From: a virus
Taxonomy: Duplodnaviria > Caudoviricetes
Direction: 5' to 3' (one strand)
IMG/VR virus record: IMGVR_UViG_3300045747_000505
DNA length: 64,000 bases
Shown here: in pieces, positions 12,214 to 22,256 of the stretch
Layout of the letters: every line of letters starts with the position of its first letter
Numbering within the stretch: the stretch's first letter is position 1
Position numbers and translations under genes: made by a program
Notes under the pieces: generated by a model
Told to the model about the DNA's origin: nothing
Database searches by the model: none
Seen by the model: the letters and a program-made list of their open reading frames with translations, nothing else

Positions 12214-13431
12214 ATGACATACGTGGTGATTGGCGCGAACTATGGCGACGAGGGCAAGGGTCTCATGACCGACTACCTGACTCGCCAGCATGGGGTTGAC
12301 CTCGTCTGCCGCTTCAACGGCGGTGCGCAGGCTGGCCACACGGTGGTGGACGGCGACTACACGCACGTCTACAAGCACATCGGCTCTGGCCACAAGGCTG
12401 GCGCGCAAACCTATCTGGGCAAGCGCTTCATCGTGAATCCGCTGCTGCTGGTCAACGAGGTCGCCGAGCTGTCGCAGACCGTTGCGCCGGCTGGTGAGGT
12501 CGTTGTTCACCCAGACGCGATGGTCACCACGTTCTACGATATGGTCCTCAACGCCTCGCTTGAGGAGGCACGTGGTGTTGACCGCCACGGCTCCTGCGGC
12601 TTCGGCATCAACGAGACCGTGACGCGCCACCTGGCCGGCTTCAACCTGATGATCAAGGACGTGAAGTCTGCATCGCTTGGGCTGCTCACGCAGATGATTG
12701 AGGAGCTGGCCACCATGTGGGTACCAAGTCGCGCTCACGACCTTGGCCTCTCGCGTCAGCTTAAAGACCCCAACTCGCTGCTCAGCAAGACGCTCGACCC
12801 TGCCAACTACGCGCAGTACGCAAGCGACCTGCTCAACGGCGCCGCGCTGCTGACGGTCATGGACTCCAACCAGTTCATCACTGGCTCGTCGGTCCTCTTC
12901 GAGGGTGCTCAAGGTCTGGCGCTCGACGAGCTGCTTGGTGAGTTCCCACACGTCACTCGCTCGCTGACTGGGCTGCCGTACGCCATCGAGCAGGCTGCAG
13001 AGCTCGGCCTCGAATATCTGCAGCCGTTGTACGTGACGCGCTGCTACGCCACTCGGCACGGCGCTGGTCCGTTGCCGAACGACAATCTGGCCGTCTCGAA
13101 CAAGCCGCTGGTCGACACGACGAACGTCACCAATCAGTGGCAGGGCAAGCTGCGCTACGCGCCGCTCGACATCGTGGCGCTGCGGCGACGCATTCAAGCC
13201 GACTATGACCGTAGCACGCTGCTTGCTCACATGGTTGGCGTCGAGCTGAACAGCCCAGAGGTCGCCGTGACGTGCCTTGATCAGGTCGGCATGGGCGCTT
13301 GGTTCGACGTGGACGGCTTCATGCAGTTCGTTCAGGTCAAGGACATTCCTCAGTTCATCGAGAACGCGGTTGGGTTCAAGGTCACCTTCACCAGCGCTGG
13401 ACCGACGGCTACCACAGTTTCGATTCGTTGA
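12214..13431 (+). CDS. Divergent adenylosuccinate synthetase-like protein
   Basis: GANYGDEGKG, RFNGGAQAGHT, FEGAQG are conserved. The IMP and aspartate loops are replaced (GSCGFGINETVTR; DTTNVTNQWQGKLRY). Confidence 0.8.
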   Translation: MTYVVIGANYGDEGKGLMTDYLTRQHGVDLVCRFNGGAQAGHTVVDGDYTHVYKHIGSGHKAGAQTYLGKRFIVNPLLLVNEVAELSQTVAPAGEVVVHPDAMVTTFYDMVLNASLEEARGVDRHGSCGFGINETVTRHLAGFNLMIKDVKSASLGLLTQMIEELATMWVPSRAHDLGLSRQLKDPNSLLSKTLDPANYAQYASDLLNGAALLTVMDSNQFITGSSVLFEGAQGLALDELLGEFPHVTRSLTGLPYAIEQAAELGLEYLQPLYVTRCYATRHGAGPLPNDNLAVSNKPLVDTTNVTNQWQGKLRYAPLDIVALRRRIQADYDRSTLLAHMVGVELNSPEVAVTCLDQVGMGAWFDVDGFMQFVQVKDIPQFIENAVGFKVTFTSAGPTATTVSIR

Positions 13432-13592
13432 ACACTGCCAACCTAAACAAGGTTCAAGGAGTGTTACTATTTCACAGGTTGCGACTTGATTAACCTACAT
13501 TAAAGTGGAGACAGGTTGATCTACATCATATAATTAAAGTACGTTAACAAACGCTGTGACGTACTTCAAACACTCAACCTGGACTCCACTAC

Positions 13593-14915
13593 ATGAAGCA
13601 GACACGAACCCTTCGCCTCAAAGCGCTGGTCACGGCCCTCCTCGCCGTCCCACTCATCGCCATCGCCTGCCCAGCAGATCAGGCCAAGCCATTCACGTCG
13701 GGTCCCCTCGATGCACAGGGCATGTTCTCAACCTGGATCGTCGACTCGAACGGTGTCGGCCTCTCGGTCTGCAACGTGAGCGTGACGAACGACGGCAACC
13801 CGCCACCGTGCTTCTACGATCCCGTCACGGCGACGAACCCGCTGGCCGTGGCGCTGGGCCGTGGTGGTGAAGCCTTCTTCGTCCTGTCGGACAGCGTGTG
13901 GACCACGACAGGTGCCAACCCCGTCGACGCCGTCATCGTGATGGGCATCGAGTCGGCCTTCCTCAGCCCCGATGGTCAGCCGCTCGCCGGCACTCAGACG
14001 CAGTTCCAGCGTCTTCGCACTCGCCTCAACGTGTCCGCCGTCGGTCACTACACCGTCGAAACCCCGTGGCGCACCACGACCTACACGGTCGACACGCTTC
14101 TCGCACCCGGCAATGGTCAGAACCGCTCCGAGATCTCCGACCCGATCGACATCACCTTCACGCCGAACTCGTCCGTGCCTGGCATGGTCGCTCCGTTCCT
14201 CGTCGCCACCCCGCCGATTCCTGGCTACGGTCCTGCCGAAGGCTACATCGGCGACGGTCTCACGCTGACCAACGTCACTGGCTCGCCATGCGGCACCAAC
14301 TACGTCAAGGTCACGGCTGTCGGTCTCGACGGTGTCACGCCGATCGACATCAACAACGGCTCCAACGTCTACGTGAACCCGCTCTTCACCGCGATGGGCA
14401 AGCTGGCTCCGACCGCAGCGGCTCCGCTCGCCGTGACTGGCTCCTTCTACACGACTCGTGCTGGCTCGACCACAGTGACCGTGATGGCTGATGGCGCTAC
14501 CACTGGTGCCGTGTCCGCCACCATCGACGCTGTGACCGTGCCGCTGGCTCGTGACGGCTCACGCTTCTACGCTTCGGTGCCAGTCGCAACGCTGCCAGCC
14601 ACCGTCTCGCTGACCGCCACCGATACCTCACGCCCGTCGACGTCGAACACGCAGACCGCCGGCGTCAAGGACCTCGTGACGATCGGCCTGGCCGAAGCGC
14701 GCTGCTCGATCACCGGTTGCCAGCTCTCCGTGCAAGCCTCGTCGAGCGACGACGGTTCGGTGACTGCTGCGCCGACGCTCACGCTGTCGCATCTCAATCA
14801 AGGCCTGACCCTCGGCTCCATCACCGTTCCCGCTGCCGCCATCCCGGCCTCGGTGACCATTCTCTCCTCGGCTGGTGGCGTGACCTCGCGCCCTGTGACC
14901 GTCATCAACCAGTAA
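13593..14915 (+). CDS. Secreted protein, paralogous to the N-terminal half of the next gene
   Basis: Signal peptide. Shares the GPL...C...GxGGEAF...ExAF...P..G.Q..F.RLR pattern with 14929. Confidence 0.75.
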   Translation: MKQTRTLRLKALVTALLAVPLIAIACPADQAKPFTSGPLDAQGMFSTWIVDSNGVGLSVCNVSVTNDGNPPPCFYDPVTATNPLAVALGRGGEAFFVLSDSVWTTTGANPVDAVIVMGIESAFLSPDGQPLAGTQTQFQRLRTRLNVSAVGHYTVETPWRTTTYTVDTLLAPGNGQNRSEISDPIDITFTPNSSVPGMVAPFLVATPPIPGYGPAEGYIGDGLTLTNVTGSPCGTNYVKVTAVGLDGVTPIDINNGSNVYVNPLFTAMGKLAPTAAAPLAVTGSFYTTRAGSTTVTVMADGATTGAVSATIDAVTVPLARDGSRFYASVPVATLPATVSLTATDTSRPSTSNTQTAGVKDLVTIGLAEARCSITGCQLSVQASSSDDGSVTAAPTLTLSHLNQGLTLGSITVPAAAIPASVTILSSAGGVTSRPVTVINQ

Positions 14916-14928
14916 GCAGATCAAACCC

Positions 14929-17742
14929 ATGAAACAAACTCTCATCGCTTCCCTCGTTGCCACGGCGCTGGCATCCATTGCCATGAGCACTGGCGCTCAA
15001 GCGCAGTGCGACATCGTCGGCACCGGCACCATCGCCTCTGGCGCAACGCCCGTCACCGCTGGCCCGCTCAACCCGGTCACTGGCTTCCCTGACTACGTGT
15101 CCGACACGCGCGGCACCTCGCTGCAGCGCTGCATCGACCCGCTCGTCTGCTTCTTCGACCCAGTCGTTCCGTCCGACCCGTTCTCGCTGCAGATCGGCAG
15201 CGGCGGTGAAGCCTTCTACTGGAGCGCTGATGCCGTGCTGTTCAACGCAGCTGGTGATCGCTTTCTGTCCGTCGGCACCGCTGCTGAAACGGCCTTTCTG
15301 CAGACTGGCCCGCTCGGCCAGCCGATCAATGGCGCGCAGTTCCCGTTCCTGCGCCTGCGCTTCGTGCTGGGCGTGCCGGTTGATGGCACCTACACGATCA
15401 AGCACCCGTACGGCACGAACGTCTTCAAGATCACCGGTGCCACTGGCACTCGCGACGTCTTCTCGACCTCTGACCGTGGCCTCGTTGCCTCGTCAACCGT
15501 GCTCGGCGCCGTCGGTCCGTTCCTCGTCACTGACCTCGCGCTCAACACCGCACCGCTCGGCTTCGTCGGTGACGCCAATGGCGCTACCGTCAACGTGGTT
15601 GGCAGCCCATGCGGCCGCAACTCGGTCGAGCTGACCGGCATCAACGCCTTCACCGGCGCGGCAGTCGACTTCGGTGTTGGTGAGACCGTGCTTTACACCG
15701 ACCAGTTCGTCGTGCAGGGCATGACGTTCGATGGCAAGGTTCAGACCCCGATGACGGCTTCACGCCTGTCCTACTCGCGCAGCCTGGCTGGCGCTGGTCA
15801 GATCGATGCGTTCGCAACCTCCACCACAACCGCCGTGGTCACCGTGCAAGATGGTCCGACCATCGCCGCTGGCACTGGTCGCATCGCGCTGCCAGTCACG
15901 CTGAGCAGCCTCGCGCTGAACGCCACCGATGGCATCGACTCGACCAGCGTGGCCGTTGTCGACGCTTCAGCTGTGCCGAAGATCCTGTCCATCTCTGCAA
16001 CCGACGCGCTCACCGACAAGACCACGTACAACCTGCCGCTGGTCGACTTCGTCGACGTGTCGCAGGCCGACTACGATCCGGCCACCGGCGTGCTGTCCAT
16101 CGCTGCCGCCTCTGGCGACCAGCGCGTGGCTCCGACGCTGACCGTGCGCGATCTCGGTGTCATCACCGCCAACCCGATGCTCTTCACGACCGTGGCTCCG
16201 CCGTCGCTCGTGATCGTCGACTCCTCGGCTGGTGGTTCTTCCTCGGCTCCGGTTCGCATCATCGCTGCTGCACCGCCGGCTGCTCCTACTGGCCTGGTCT
16301 CGACCGGCGCCACGTCGCTGACGATGACGCTGTCATGGGCTGACAACTCGACCAACGAGACCGGCTTCCGTGTCTATCAAGTCGTTGGTGCCACTCGCAC
16401 TCTCGTTGCCACGACCGCTGCCAACGCCACGACGTACACCGCCACTGGCCTCACCGCTGCAACGGCCTACACGTTCCAGATCGACGCGTTCAACAACTCC
16501 GGCATCGCCTCGTCGAACACCGTCGTCGCCTCCACGCTGGCTCTGCCGGTCGCACCGTCTGGTGTCGTGGCTGCTCTCGGTGCCGCTCGCACGGTCAACC
16601 TGGCCTGGGTGGACAACTCGCTCGATGAGACCGGCTTCCTGATCCAACGCGCTACCGTCGCCGCTGGCCCGTACACCACGCTGACCACAACGCTCGCCGG
16701 CGTGACCTCGCTGATCGATGCAACGCCTGCCACTGGCACGACCTACTTCTACCGTGTCACAGCGGTGCGTGGTGTCGACGTCAGCCCAGTCGCTCAGTCG
16801 CTCGGCCTGACCACTCCGACCGTGCCGACCTCCGCTGGCGTGCCGACCTTCACCGCAGTGTCTGGCACCTCAGTGACCGTGAACTGGGCTGACCGCTCGC
16901 TCAACGAGACCGGCTTCCAGGTCTACCGTCGTGCTGGCACCCTCGGCGCCTTCACCGCCATCACTGGCGTTCTCGCTGCGAACTCAACGTCCTTCATCGA
17001 CTCGACCGTCGTGGCTGGCACGCAGTACTTCTACCGTGTCGATGCCAGCAACTGGGCTGGTGTGGCTCCGTCTGGTGTCTCGCTCGGTGTGACACCGTCC
17101 GCCGCTGCACAACCGCTCGTTGCCGTCGCTGGTCTCACCGCCACCCCGACCGCTGCACCGACCGTGCTGACCTGGACCGACCAAGCCAGCGAGACCGGCT
17201 TCCGCGTTCGTCGTCGTGCCATCACGATCGACGTCGACGGCAAGGTCACCACTGGTGCCTTCACCACGCTCGCCACGACGGCTGCCAACGTGACGTCCTA
17301 CACGACGCCAGCGGTGCTTGCCAACTCGATCTACGAGTACGAAGTGGCTGCGGTCAGCGGTGTCACGGTTGGTCCGATCGCTCCGGTGGTTCGTGCCGTG
17401 CCTGGTGGCATCGGTGGTGTGGTTGGAACGCCAGCCATCTTCATCGCCAACAACGGTCGCATCGGCTTCGACTTCAACCGCGTCAATCAGCCTGCCGTTG
17501 GTGGCTATGACATTCAGCGCTGCACCGTGACGGTCACCGACACCTGCGCAGCAACCAGCGCCGGTTGGGCAACCCGTGGCACGATCCTTGGTCGTCAGCG
17601 CGCCTCGCCTGTGACGTTCAACGAGACCATCGCCGCGTCGAACCCGCGCAAGACGTACCGCTACCGCTCTGTCACCACGACCGGTCCGATCGTGACTGGC
17701 GTGACCGGAACTCCGTCCGCAACAGCGCAGATTGTCCGATAA
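14929..17742 (+). CDS. Secreted fibronectin type III repeat protein
   Basis: Signal peptide; four WxDxxxxETGF FN3 repeats (WADNSTNETGF, WVDNSLDETGF, WADRSLNETGF, WTDQASETGF). Confidence 0.85.
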   Translation: MKQTLIASLVATALASIAMSTGAQAQCDIVGTGTIASGATPVTAGPLNPVTGFPDYVSDTRGTSLQRCIDPLVCFFDPVVPSDPFSLQIGSGGEAFYWSADAVLFNAAGDRFLSVGTAAETAFLQTGPLGQPINGAQFPFLRLRFVLGVPVDGTYTIKHPYGTNVFKITGATGTRDVFSTSDRGLVASSTVLGAVGPFLVTDLALNTAPLGFVGDANGATVNVVGSPCGRNSVELTGINAFTGAAVDFGVGETVLYTDQFVVQGMTFDGKVQTPMTASRLSYSRSLAGAGQIDAFATSTTTAVVTVQDGPTIAAGTGRIALPVTLSSLALNATDGIDSTSVAVVDASAVPKILSISATDALTDKTTYNLPLVDFVDVSQADYDPATGVLSIAAASGDQRVAPTLTVRDLGVITANPMLFTTVAPPSLVIVDSSAGGSSSAPVRIIAAAPPAAPTGLVSTGATSLTMTLSWADNSTNETGFRVYQVVGATRTLVATTAANATTYTATGLTAATAYTFQIDAFNNSGIASSNTVVASTLALPVAPSGVVAALGAARTVNLAWVDNSLDETGFLIQRATVAAGPYTTLTTTLAGVTSLIDATPATGTTYFYRVTAVRGVDVSPVAQSLGLTTPTVPTSAGVPTFTAVSGTSVTVNWADRSLNETGFQVYRRAGTLGAFTAITGVLAANSTSFIDSTVVAGTQYFYRVDASNWAGVAPSGVSLGVTPSAAAQPLVAVAGLTATPTAAPTVLTWTDQASETGFRVRRRAITIDVDGKVTTGAFTTLATTAANVTSYTTPAVLANSIYEYEVAAVSGVTVGPIAPVVRAVPGGIGGVVGTPAIFIANNGRIGFDFNRVNQPAVGGYDIQRCTVTVTDTCAATSAGWATRGTILGRQRASPVTFNETIAASNPRKTYRYRSVTTTGPIVTGVTGTPSATAQIVR

Positions 17743-17753
17743 ATAGCTGAATC

Positions 17754-17782
17754 AGCAGGAGGTCGAGAGTCGACCTCCTGCT
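17754..17782. terminator. Perfect 13-bp hairpin, probable terminator
   Basis: agcaggaggtcga-gag-tcgacctcctgct; weak T tail. Confidence 0.6.
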
Positions 17783-17892
17783 TCCTCTGAACCTAGATTT
17801 TGAGTTACCAGAAATTGCCCAACTGAGCTATAATCAGTCTACCGACAGGACAAAGAGTCCTGCTCATTCAACCACTCGTTAGGAGCTAACGT

Positions 17893-19413
17893 ATGAACCG
17901 CCAAGAATCCCGCGCCATTTCCACCAAGTTCGATGTCCGCACGCTGCTGCAACCCAAGGACACCGACAAGCCGTATCCGATCATCGACGACCTGCTCGTC
18001 AGCCTGATCTTCCAGACCGACAGCTACAAGTTCACCCACCCCTTCATGTTCGCCGAGCTGAACAAGCGCGTCGGCAAGCCGCGTGTTGTTGGCATGTCCA
18101 GCTACGGCGAAGCCCGTGTCGGCCGCAGCGAGAAGGTTACCGTGTTCGGTGGCCAGATGGGCGTCAACAAGCTGTTCTCACGTCCCATCACGATGAAGGA
18201 CGTCGATGCCGCCGAAGCCTTCGCGCTGGCCCACTTCGGTCGTCCGCTGTTCGCCCGCTCTGCCTGGGAGAAGGTCGTCAACGAGTACGATGGCTACATC
18301 CCCGCCATCATCCGCGCCGTGCCGGATGGCACCGTCATCCGTGGTGGTCTGCCGATCTACTCGGTCACCGTCCTGGACATCGACCTGTTCTGGATGTCGA
18401 GCGGCATCGAGACCGCTCTGCTCCGTGCCTACTGGTACCCGACCACCATCGCCTCGCTGGACCGCGACACCAAGGTCGAGCTCAAGCGCTTCTACGAAAT
18501 CGGTGGCGCCGATCTGGCCGGTCTCGAGTTCGCGCTGCACGACTTCGGCGGTCGCGGCGTCACCTGCTCCGAACAAGCGCAGGTTGGCGGTGCCGCTCAC
18601 TTGGTCTCCTTCATGGGCTCCGACACCATCGAGGGTGTGCTGGCCATGAACTACTACTACGACTCGCCGATGTCGGCCTTCTCCGTGTTCGCCACCGAGC
18701 ACAGCGTCGAGTGCTCCTTTGGTCTGGACGACGCCGGTGAGCGCGATTACCTCAAGGCGCTGCTCATCAACGCCGTCGAAGGATCCATCGTCTCGATCGT
18801 CATCGACGGCAAGGACATGTGGCGTTGTGCCGAGACGCTGTGCTCGCCCGAGTTCCGTGATCTCATCATCGCCTCCAAGGCCAAGGTCGTCTTCCGTCCT
18901 GACTCTGGCGACATGCTGGAAGTTGTGCCGCGTCTCCTGCGCCTGCAAGACGCTGCCTTCGGTCACACCGTCATCAACGGCTACAAGAAGATCAACTACG
19001 TCGGCATCATCTACGGCGACGGCGTCGATCGCATGAACATGCTCACGATGGTCGGCAACATCATGGCCATGGGCTACGCTCCTGACTGCATGGTGTTCGG
19101 CTCCGGCGGTGCGCTGCTGATGAAGGTCAACCGCGACACCTACAAGTGGGCTCAGAAGGGTTCATGCCTGTTCTTCGAAGACGGCACCACCCTCGGCATC
19201 GCCAAGGACCCGGTCACCGACCATGGCAAGAAGTCGAAGGAAGGTCTGATGACCGTGTTGCGCCACAAGATGACCGGTGAACTGAGCGCCGGCCGCCTCG
19301 ATCTCGGTCCCATCAGCGACGAGTTCGAAGACATCCACGTGCTGATGTACCACACCGGCAAGGTCTACAACAAGACCAACGCTGCTGAAGTGCGCGAACG
19401 CGCTGCGGTGTAA
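17893..19413 (+). CDS. nadV: Nicotinamide phosphoribosyltransferase (NAMPT/NadV family)
   Basis: TDSYKFTH, LHDFGGRG, ATEHS, VFRPDSGD, IYGDG, FGSGGALL, KDPVTDHGKKSKEG. Confidence 0.9.
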   Translation: MNRQESRAISTKFDVRTLLQPKDTDKPYPIIDDLLVSLIFQTDSYKFTHPFMFAELNKRVGKPRVVGMSSYGEARVGRSEKVTVFGGQMGVNKLFSRPITMKDVDAAEAFALAHFGRPLFARSAWEKVVNEYDGYIPAIIRAVPDGTVIRGGLPIYSVTVLDIDLFWMSSGIETALLRAYWYPTTIASLDRDTKVELKRFYEIGGADLAGLEFALHDFGGRGVTCSEQAQVGGAAHLVSFMGSDTIEGVLAMNYYYDSPMSAFSVFATEHSVECSFGLDDAGERDYLKALLINAVEGSIVSIVIDGKDMWRCAETLCSPEFRDLIIASKAKVVFRPDSGDMLEVVPRLLRLQDAAFGHTVINGYKKINYVGIIYGDGVDRMNMLTMVGNIMAMGYAPDCMVFGSGGALLMKVNRDTYKWAQKGSCLFFEDGTTLGIAKDPVTDHGKKSKEGLMTVLRHKMTGELSAGRLDLGPISDEFEDIHVLMYHTGKVYNKTNAAEVRERAAV

Positions 19414-19596
19414 GACCGTGCTTGCCTCACTCTACGAGCATCGCCCCAAGATCATGTCAGCGCTGCTCATCTGCCTCGCGATCATGATCGGCGCCTGGAT
19501 CGTCATCTGGTAAGCGTTACAACTGTTACAGACGCGTAGCGTCAACCTTGGAGTATAATGGCCTCATCGACAACAAGTCTTTGAGGCCATTCTCGT

Positions 19597-19866
19597 ATGC
19601 AACTCTCACACTCCGACCTTCAGGTCTATCGTCTCCTGACCGATCCACTCGTCGGCGAAGGACCAGGCGAATACTTTCGTCGGCAGCGCGACACGCTCGC
19701 CGTGCAAGATGTCGGCAACGCCGAGTTGATTCGCCTCTGCAACGTTCGTCGTCAAGCCGACTACGTCGAGGGCCTCGTCGAGCGCCTCAAGGCGAAGGAT
19801 GCTGGTACCCTCGACGCGCTGGTTGAAGCCGTCGTTCTCCTCCTCAACACTCAATACAAGCCATGA
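19597..19866 (+). CDS. Hypothetical protein
   Basis: ORF just downstream of a GTTACA-N32-TATAAT promoter; ATGA overlap with the next gene. Confidence 0.6.
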   Translation: MQLSHSDLQVYRLLTDPLVGEGPGEYFRRQRDTLAVQDVGNAELIRLCNVRRQADYVEGLVERLKAKDAGTLDALVEAVVLLLNTQYKP

Positions 19867-20087
19867 CCACCATCGCCCTCCCCAATCCCTGGAACAGCAT
19901 CGAAGCCACGCCCGAACAGTGCCGGCTCATGCATCAGCTGCACGCTGATGAGCAGCGCTCCATCGCCGCTGGCCAGCACTATCAGGCGGTCGCCGTGGCC
20001 ACTGGCTCCACTCCACAGCAGAAGCGCGACGCTTACGACGCCTACCGCTACTCGCTGGATGCCAACCACCCCGCCAACTTCTGGTGA
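19863..20087 (+). CDS. Hypothetical protein
   Basis: ATGA-coupled ORF with genome-typical codon usage. Confidence 0.6.
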   Translation: MTTIALPNPWNSIEATPEQCRLMHQLHADEQRSIAAGQHYQAVAVATGSTPQQKRDAYDAYRYSLDANHPANFW

Positions 20088-20091
20088 GACC

Positions 20092-20430
20092 ATGGCCCTC
20101 ATCTTCATCGCCGTCCCCACCTCCGGCGTCGTCACGGACAGCGTGCTCAACGAGAGCTTCATCGCCGACGTCGCCAAGCTTCACGAGCTGTATCCACAGC
20201 ACACATTCATCGTGCCGATGATTCAGGACTACGCGCTGCTGCCGTACCTGAAGGTCGAGGCGACGTGGGAGGTCTGGGGCCACCACTGCAAGGCGCTCAT
20301 CGAAGCGTGCCGCGAGGTCTGGATCCTGATGTATCCCGGCTGGGCCAAGTCGACCGGCGTTCGTGGCGAGATTGAAATCGCCGAGGACTTCGGCACTCCG
20401 GTGGTCCGCATTCCGATCCCGCTGCGATAA
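20092..20430 (+). CDS. DUF1937 / nucleoside 2-deoxyribosyltransferase-like fold protein
   Basis: LIFIAVPTSG...C..VWIL...GWAKSTGVRGEIEIA; probable start at the ATG at 20092. Confidence 0.55.
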   Translation: MALIFIAVPTSGVVTDSVLNESFIADVAKLHELYPQHTFIVPMIQDYALLPYLKVEATWEVWGHHCKALIEACREVWILMYPGWAKSTGVRGEIEIAEDFGTPVVRIPIPLR

Positions 20431-20639
20431 ATAGGAGACACATAGCAGGAGACGAAGATGGTCATACGGTCCCGTCGGCAGGAAGCGCCAGTCGTTGAAG
20501 AAACAACTGAAAGGCCTACGTACGGAATCATTGTCATCGACGTCTTTCAAACGGACCTGACCGAGGATGAGCTGAGCGACATCAAGCGCATCTTCGAGCA
20601 GATTCGGCGTGATCTCGATTCCATCGTACAGGGACAACC

Positions 20640-21221
20640 ATGAAGCTTCTTGAAATCCGAGCCGTCGGCAACTCGCCGATCGACCTCTCCGACCCAGACA
20701 ACAGGCCTGGCGCCTACGAGCGTGAGGGTGCTGCACGCGACTCCTACGCGCAGAAGATCGCCAAGGGCTCAGCCGAAGCCGACAAGATGGCTGAAAAGCT
20801 CGGTGGCACGCTGAAGAAGCATCCGCCAAGCCAGTTCATTTCAGGCGACACGCCGTTCTGGACAATCTCTGGTCTCGACTTCGAAACGAAGGGTGGCAAG
20901 AAGGTTCGCTGCTCAATCGACCGTGAGCCTCATCACCGTCGTCAGGCGCTGTTCTTCCGCAACACCTTTCTGAAGCATCCGAAAGGCGTTCACAGCCACG
21001 ACAACGAGGCGAAGCGCACCATCGAAGCCCTTGAGCGTGAGATCAGCTCTGCTCATGAAGAAGCCTTCGGCAAGCGGGCGCTTGGCACCGACTTCCTCTA
21101 TGATTCGAACGACAAGGACTACACGCTCATCGGCCTCAGCGTTGGCATTCCGCTGATGGACGGCGTCAAGGGAGTTCAGTTCGTCAAGAAGGTCATCGCT
21201 CTCATCACGAAGCAGTTCTAA
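20640..21221 (+). CDS. Hypothetical late protein (MKLLEI N-terminus)
   Basis: 193-aa ORF downstream of ATAAATA at 20427. Confidence 0.65.
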   Translation: MKLLEIRAVGNSPIDLSDPDNRPGAYEREGAARDSYAQKIAKGSAEADKMAEKLGGTLKKHPPSQFISGDTPFWTISGLDFETKGGKKVRCSIDREPHHRRQALFFRNTFLKHPKGVHSHDNEAKRTIEALEREISSAHEEAFGKRALGTDFLYDSNDKDYTLIGLSVGIPLMDGVKGVQFVKKVIALITKQF

Positions 21222-21895
21222 TGCCAACCGCCCAGCTTCGCTCGCTGGCTGCCAAGTCAGACAAGACTCTTGGTGACCTCGAGCGCTACTGGGCAGACGC
21301 CAAGGTTGAAGCTCATCACAAGTTCAAGAAGAAGGACAAGCACTTCTGGGCCTACGTCGTCGGTATCGTCAAGCGCCGCGCTGGGCTGAGCGAAGAGGAC
21401 ATCAGCTTCAAGACCTATCTGCTCCTCATCGAGGACGACAAGGCGCACGGCAAGGCTCTCGAGCGAACAGGCTTCTGGGGCAAGGCTGGTGCGGGTTGTA
21501 TCATTTTAGCTCGGGACACGGGAAGAATCTGCCTGCCGAAGCGAAGCAAGGACGTGGAGCAACCACACACTTGGGGAACTTGGGGTGGCGCTATCGACGG
21601 AAGAGAGGCGCCTAAGGCCGCTGCAGAGCGCGAGGTCCGTGAGGAAGCTGGATATACAGGCAAGCTCGAAATCGTTCCCCTGTACGTTTATAAGCATCCC
21701 AGTGGCTTCACCTACCACAACTTCCTGGCCATCGTGGACAAGGAGTTCGAGCCAGAGCTGAACTGGGAAACGTCGACCTACCGTTGGTGCTCGCCAACGA
21801 AGCTGCCGTCGCCGCTGCACTTCGGTCTGAAGGGTCTGCTTGCCGACGCCGCAAGCTGGCAGAAGATCAAAGACGCTCAACCTAAAAAGACGTAG
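21221..21895 (+). CDS. Nudix hydrolase with extra N-terminal helical domain
   Basis: Nudix box GGAIDGREAPKAAAEREVREEAG. Confidence 0.85.
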   Translation: MPTAQLRSLAAKSDKTLGDLERYWADAKVEAHHKFKKKDKHFWAYVVGIVKRRAGLSEEDISFKTYLLLIEDDKAHGKALERTGFWGKAGAGCIILARDTGRICLPKRSKDVEQPHTWGTWGGAIDGREAPKAAAEREVREEAGYTGKLEIVPLYVYKHPSGFTYHNFLAIVDKEFEPELNWETSTYRWCSPTKLPSPLHFGLKGLLADAASWQKIKDAQPKKT

Positions 21896-21927
21896 CCTGA
21901 AGACTGAGACATAGAGTAAAATACAGA

Positions 21928-22256
21928 CATGGGTGCTACAGCCATTCTGTAGTGATTGTTGTAATTCGGAGCAAGTTGAAGGATTCTGGACGCGGGTTCG
22001 ATTCCCGCCAGGTCCACCACAAAACACATACCGCCGGCTGTAGAATTCGGCAACACCTTAGGGACGATCCACGTGGTGTGTGTTTTGTAATGGGCCTGAC
22101 CTGGTCTCGACAGGGTTACGGAGATGCGCACACGCAACACGAGAGTCGACCGACGTAATCGGCGAAAACACGCTAAGTGCAAACGAAGCAAACTTCCGTC
22201 TGGCTGCTTAATACCCAGCTCACGGTGAGGCTAACCACCTTATAAAGCAACGGTGA
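21928..22256 (+). ncRNA. ssrA: Circularly permuted two-piece tmRNA, tag (A)ANEANFRLAA
   Basis: T-arm plus CAGGTCC-ACCA end at 22019 and precede the 5' end GGGCCTG at 22092. The 7-bp acceptor has G3:U70. Tag ORF is 22179-22211. Outer ends are approximate. Confidence 0.9.

Noticed and set aside
12214-13431. PurZ (Z-genome) assignment
   Set aside because: It retains the PurA-type Asp in GDEGKG, whereas PurZ has Ser there; no MazZ/DatZ is recognised in the window.
8134-19413. NARP1 (Adps plus Namat)
   Set aside because: No PRPP-synthetase-like gene is in the window; pairing with an NMN adenylyltransferase fits Nampt/Nmnat.
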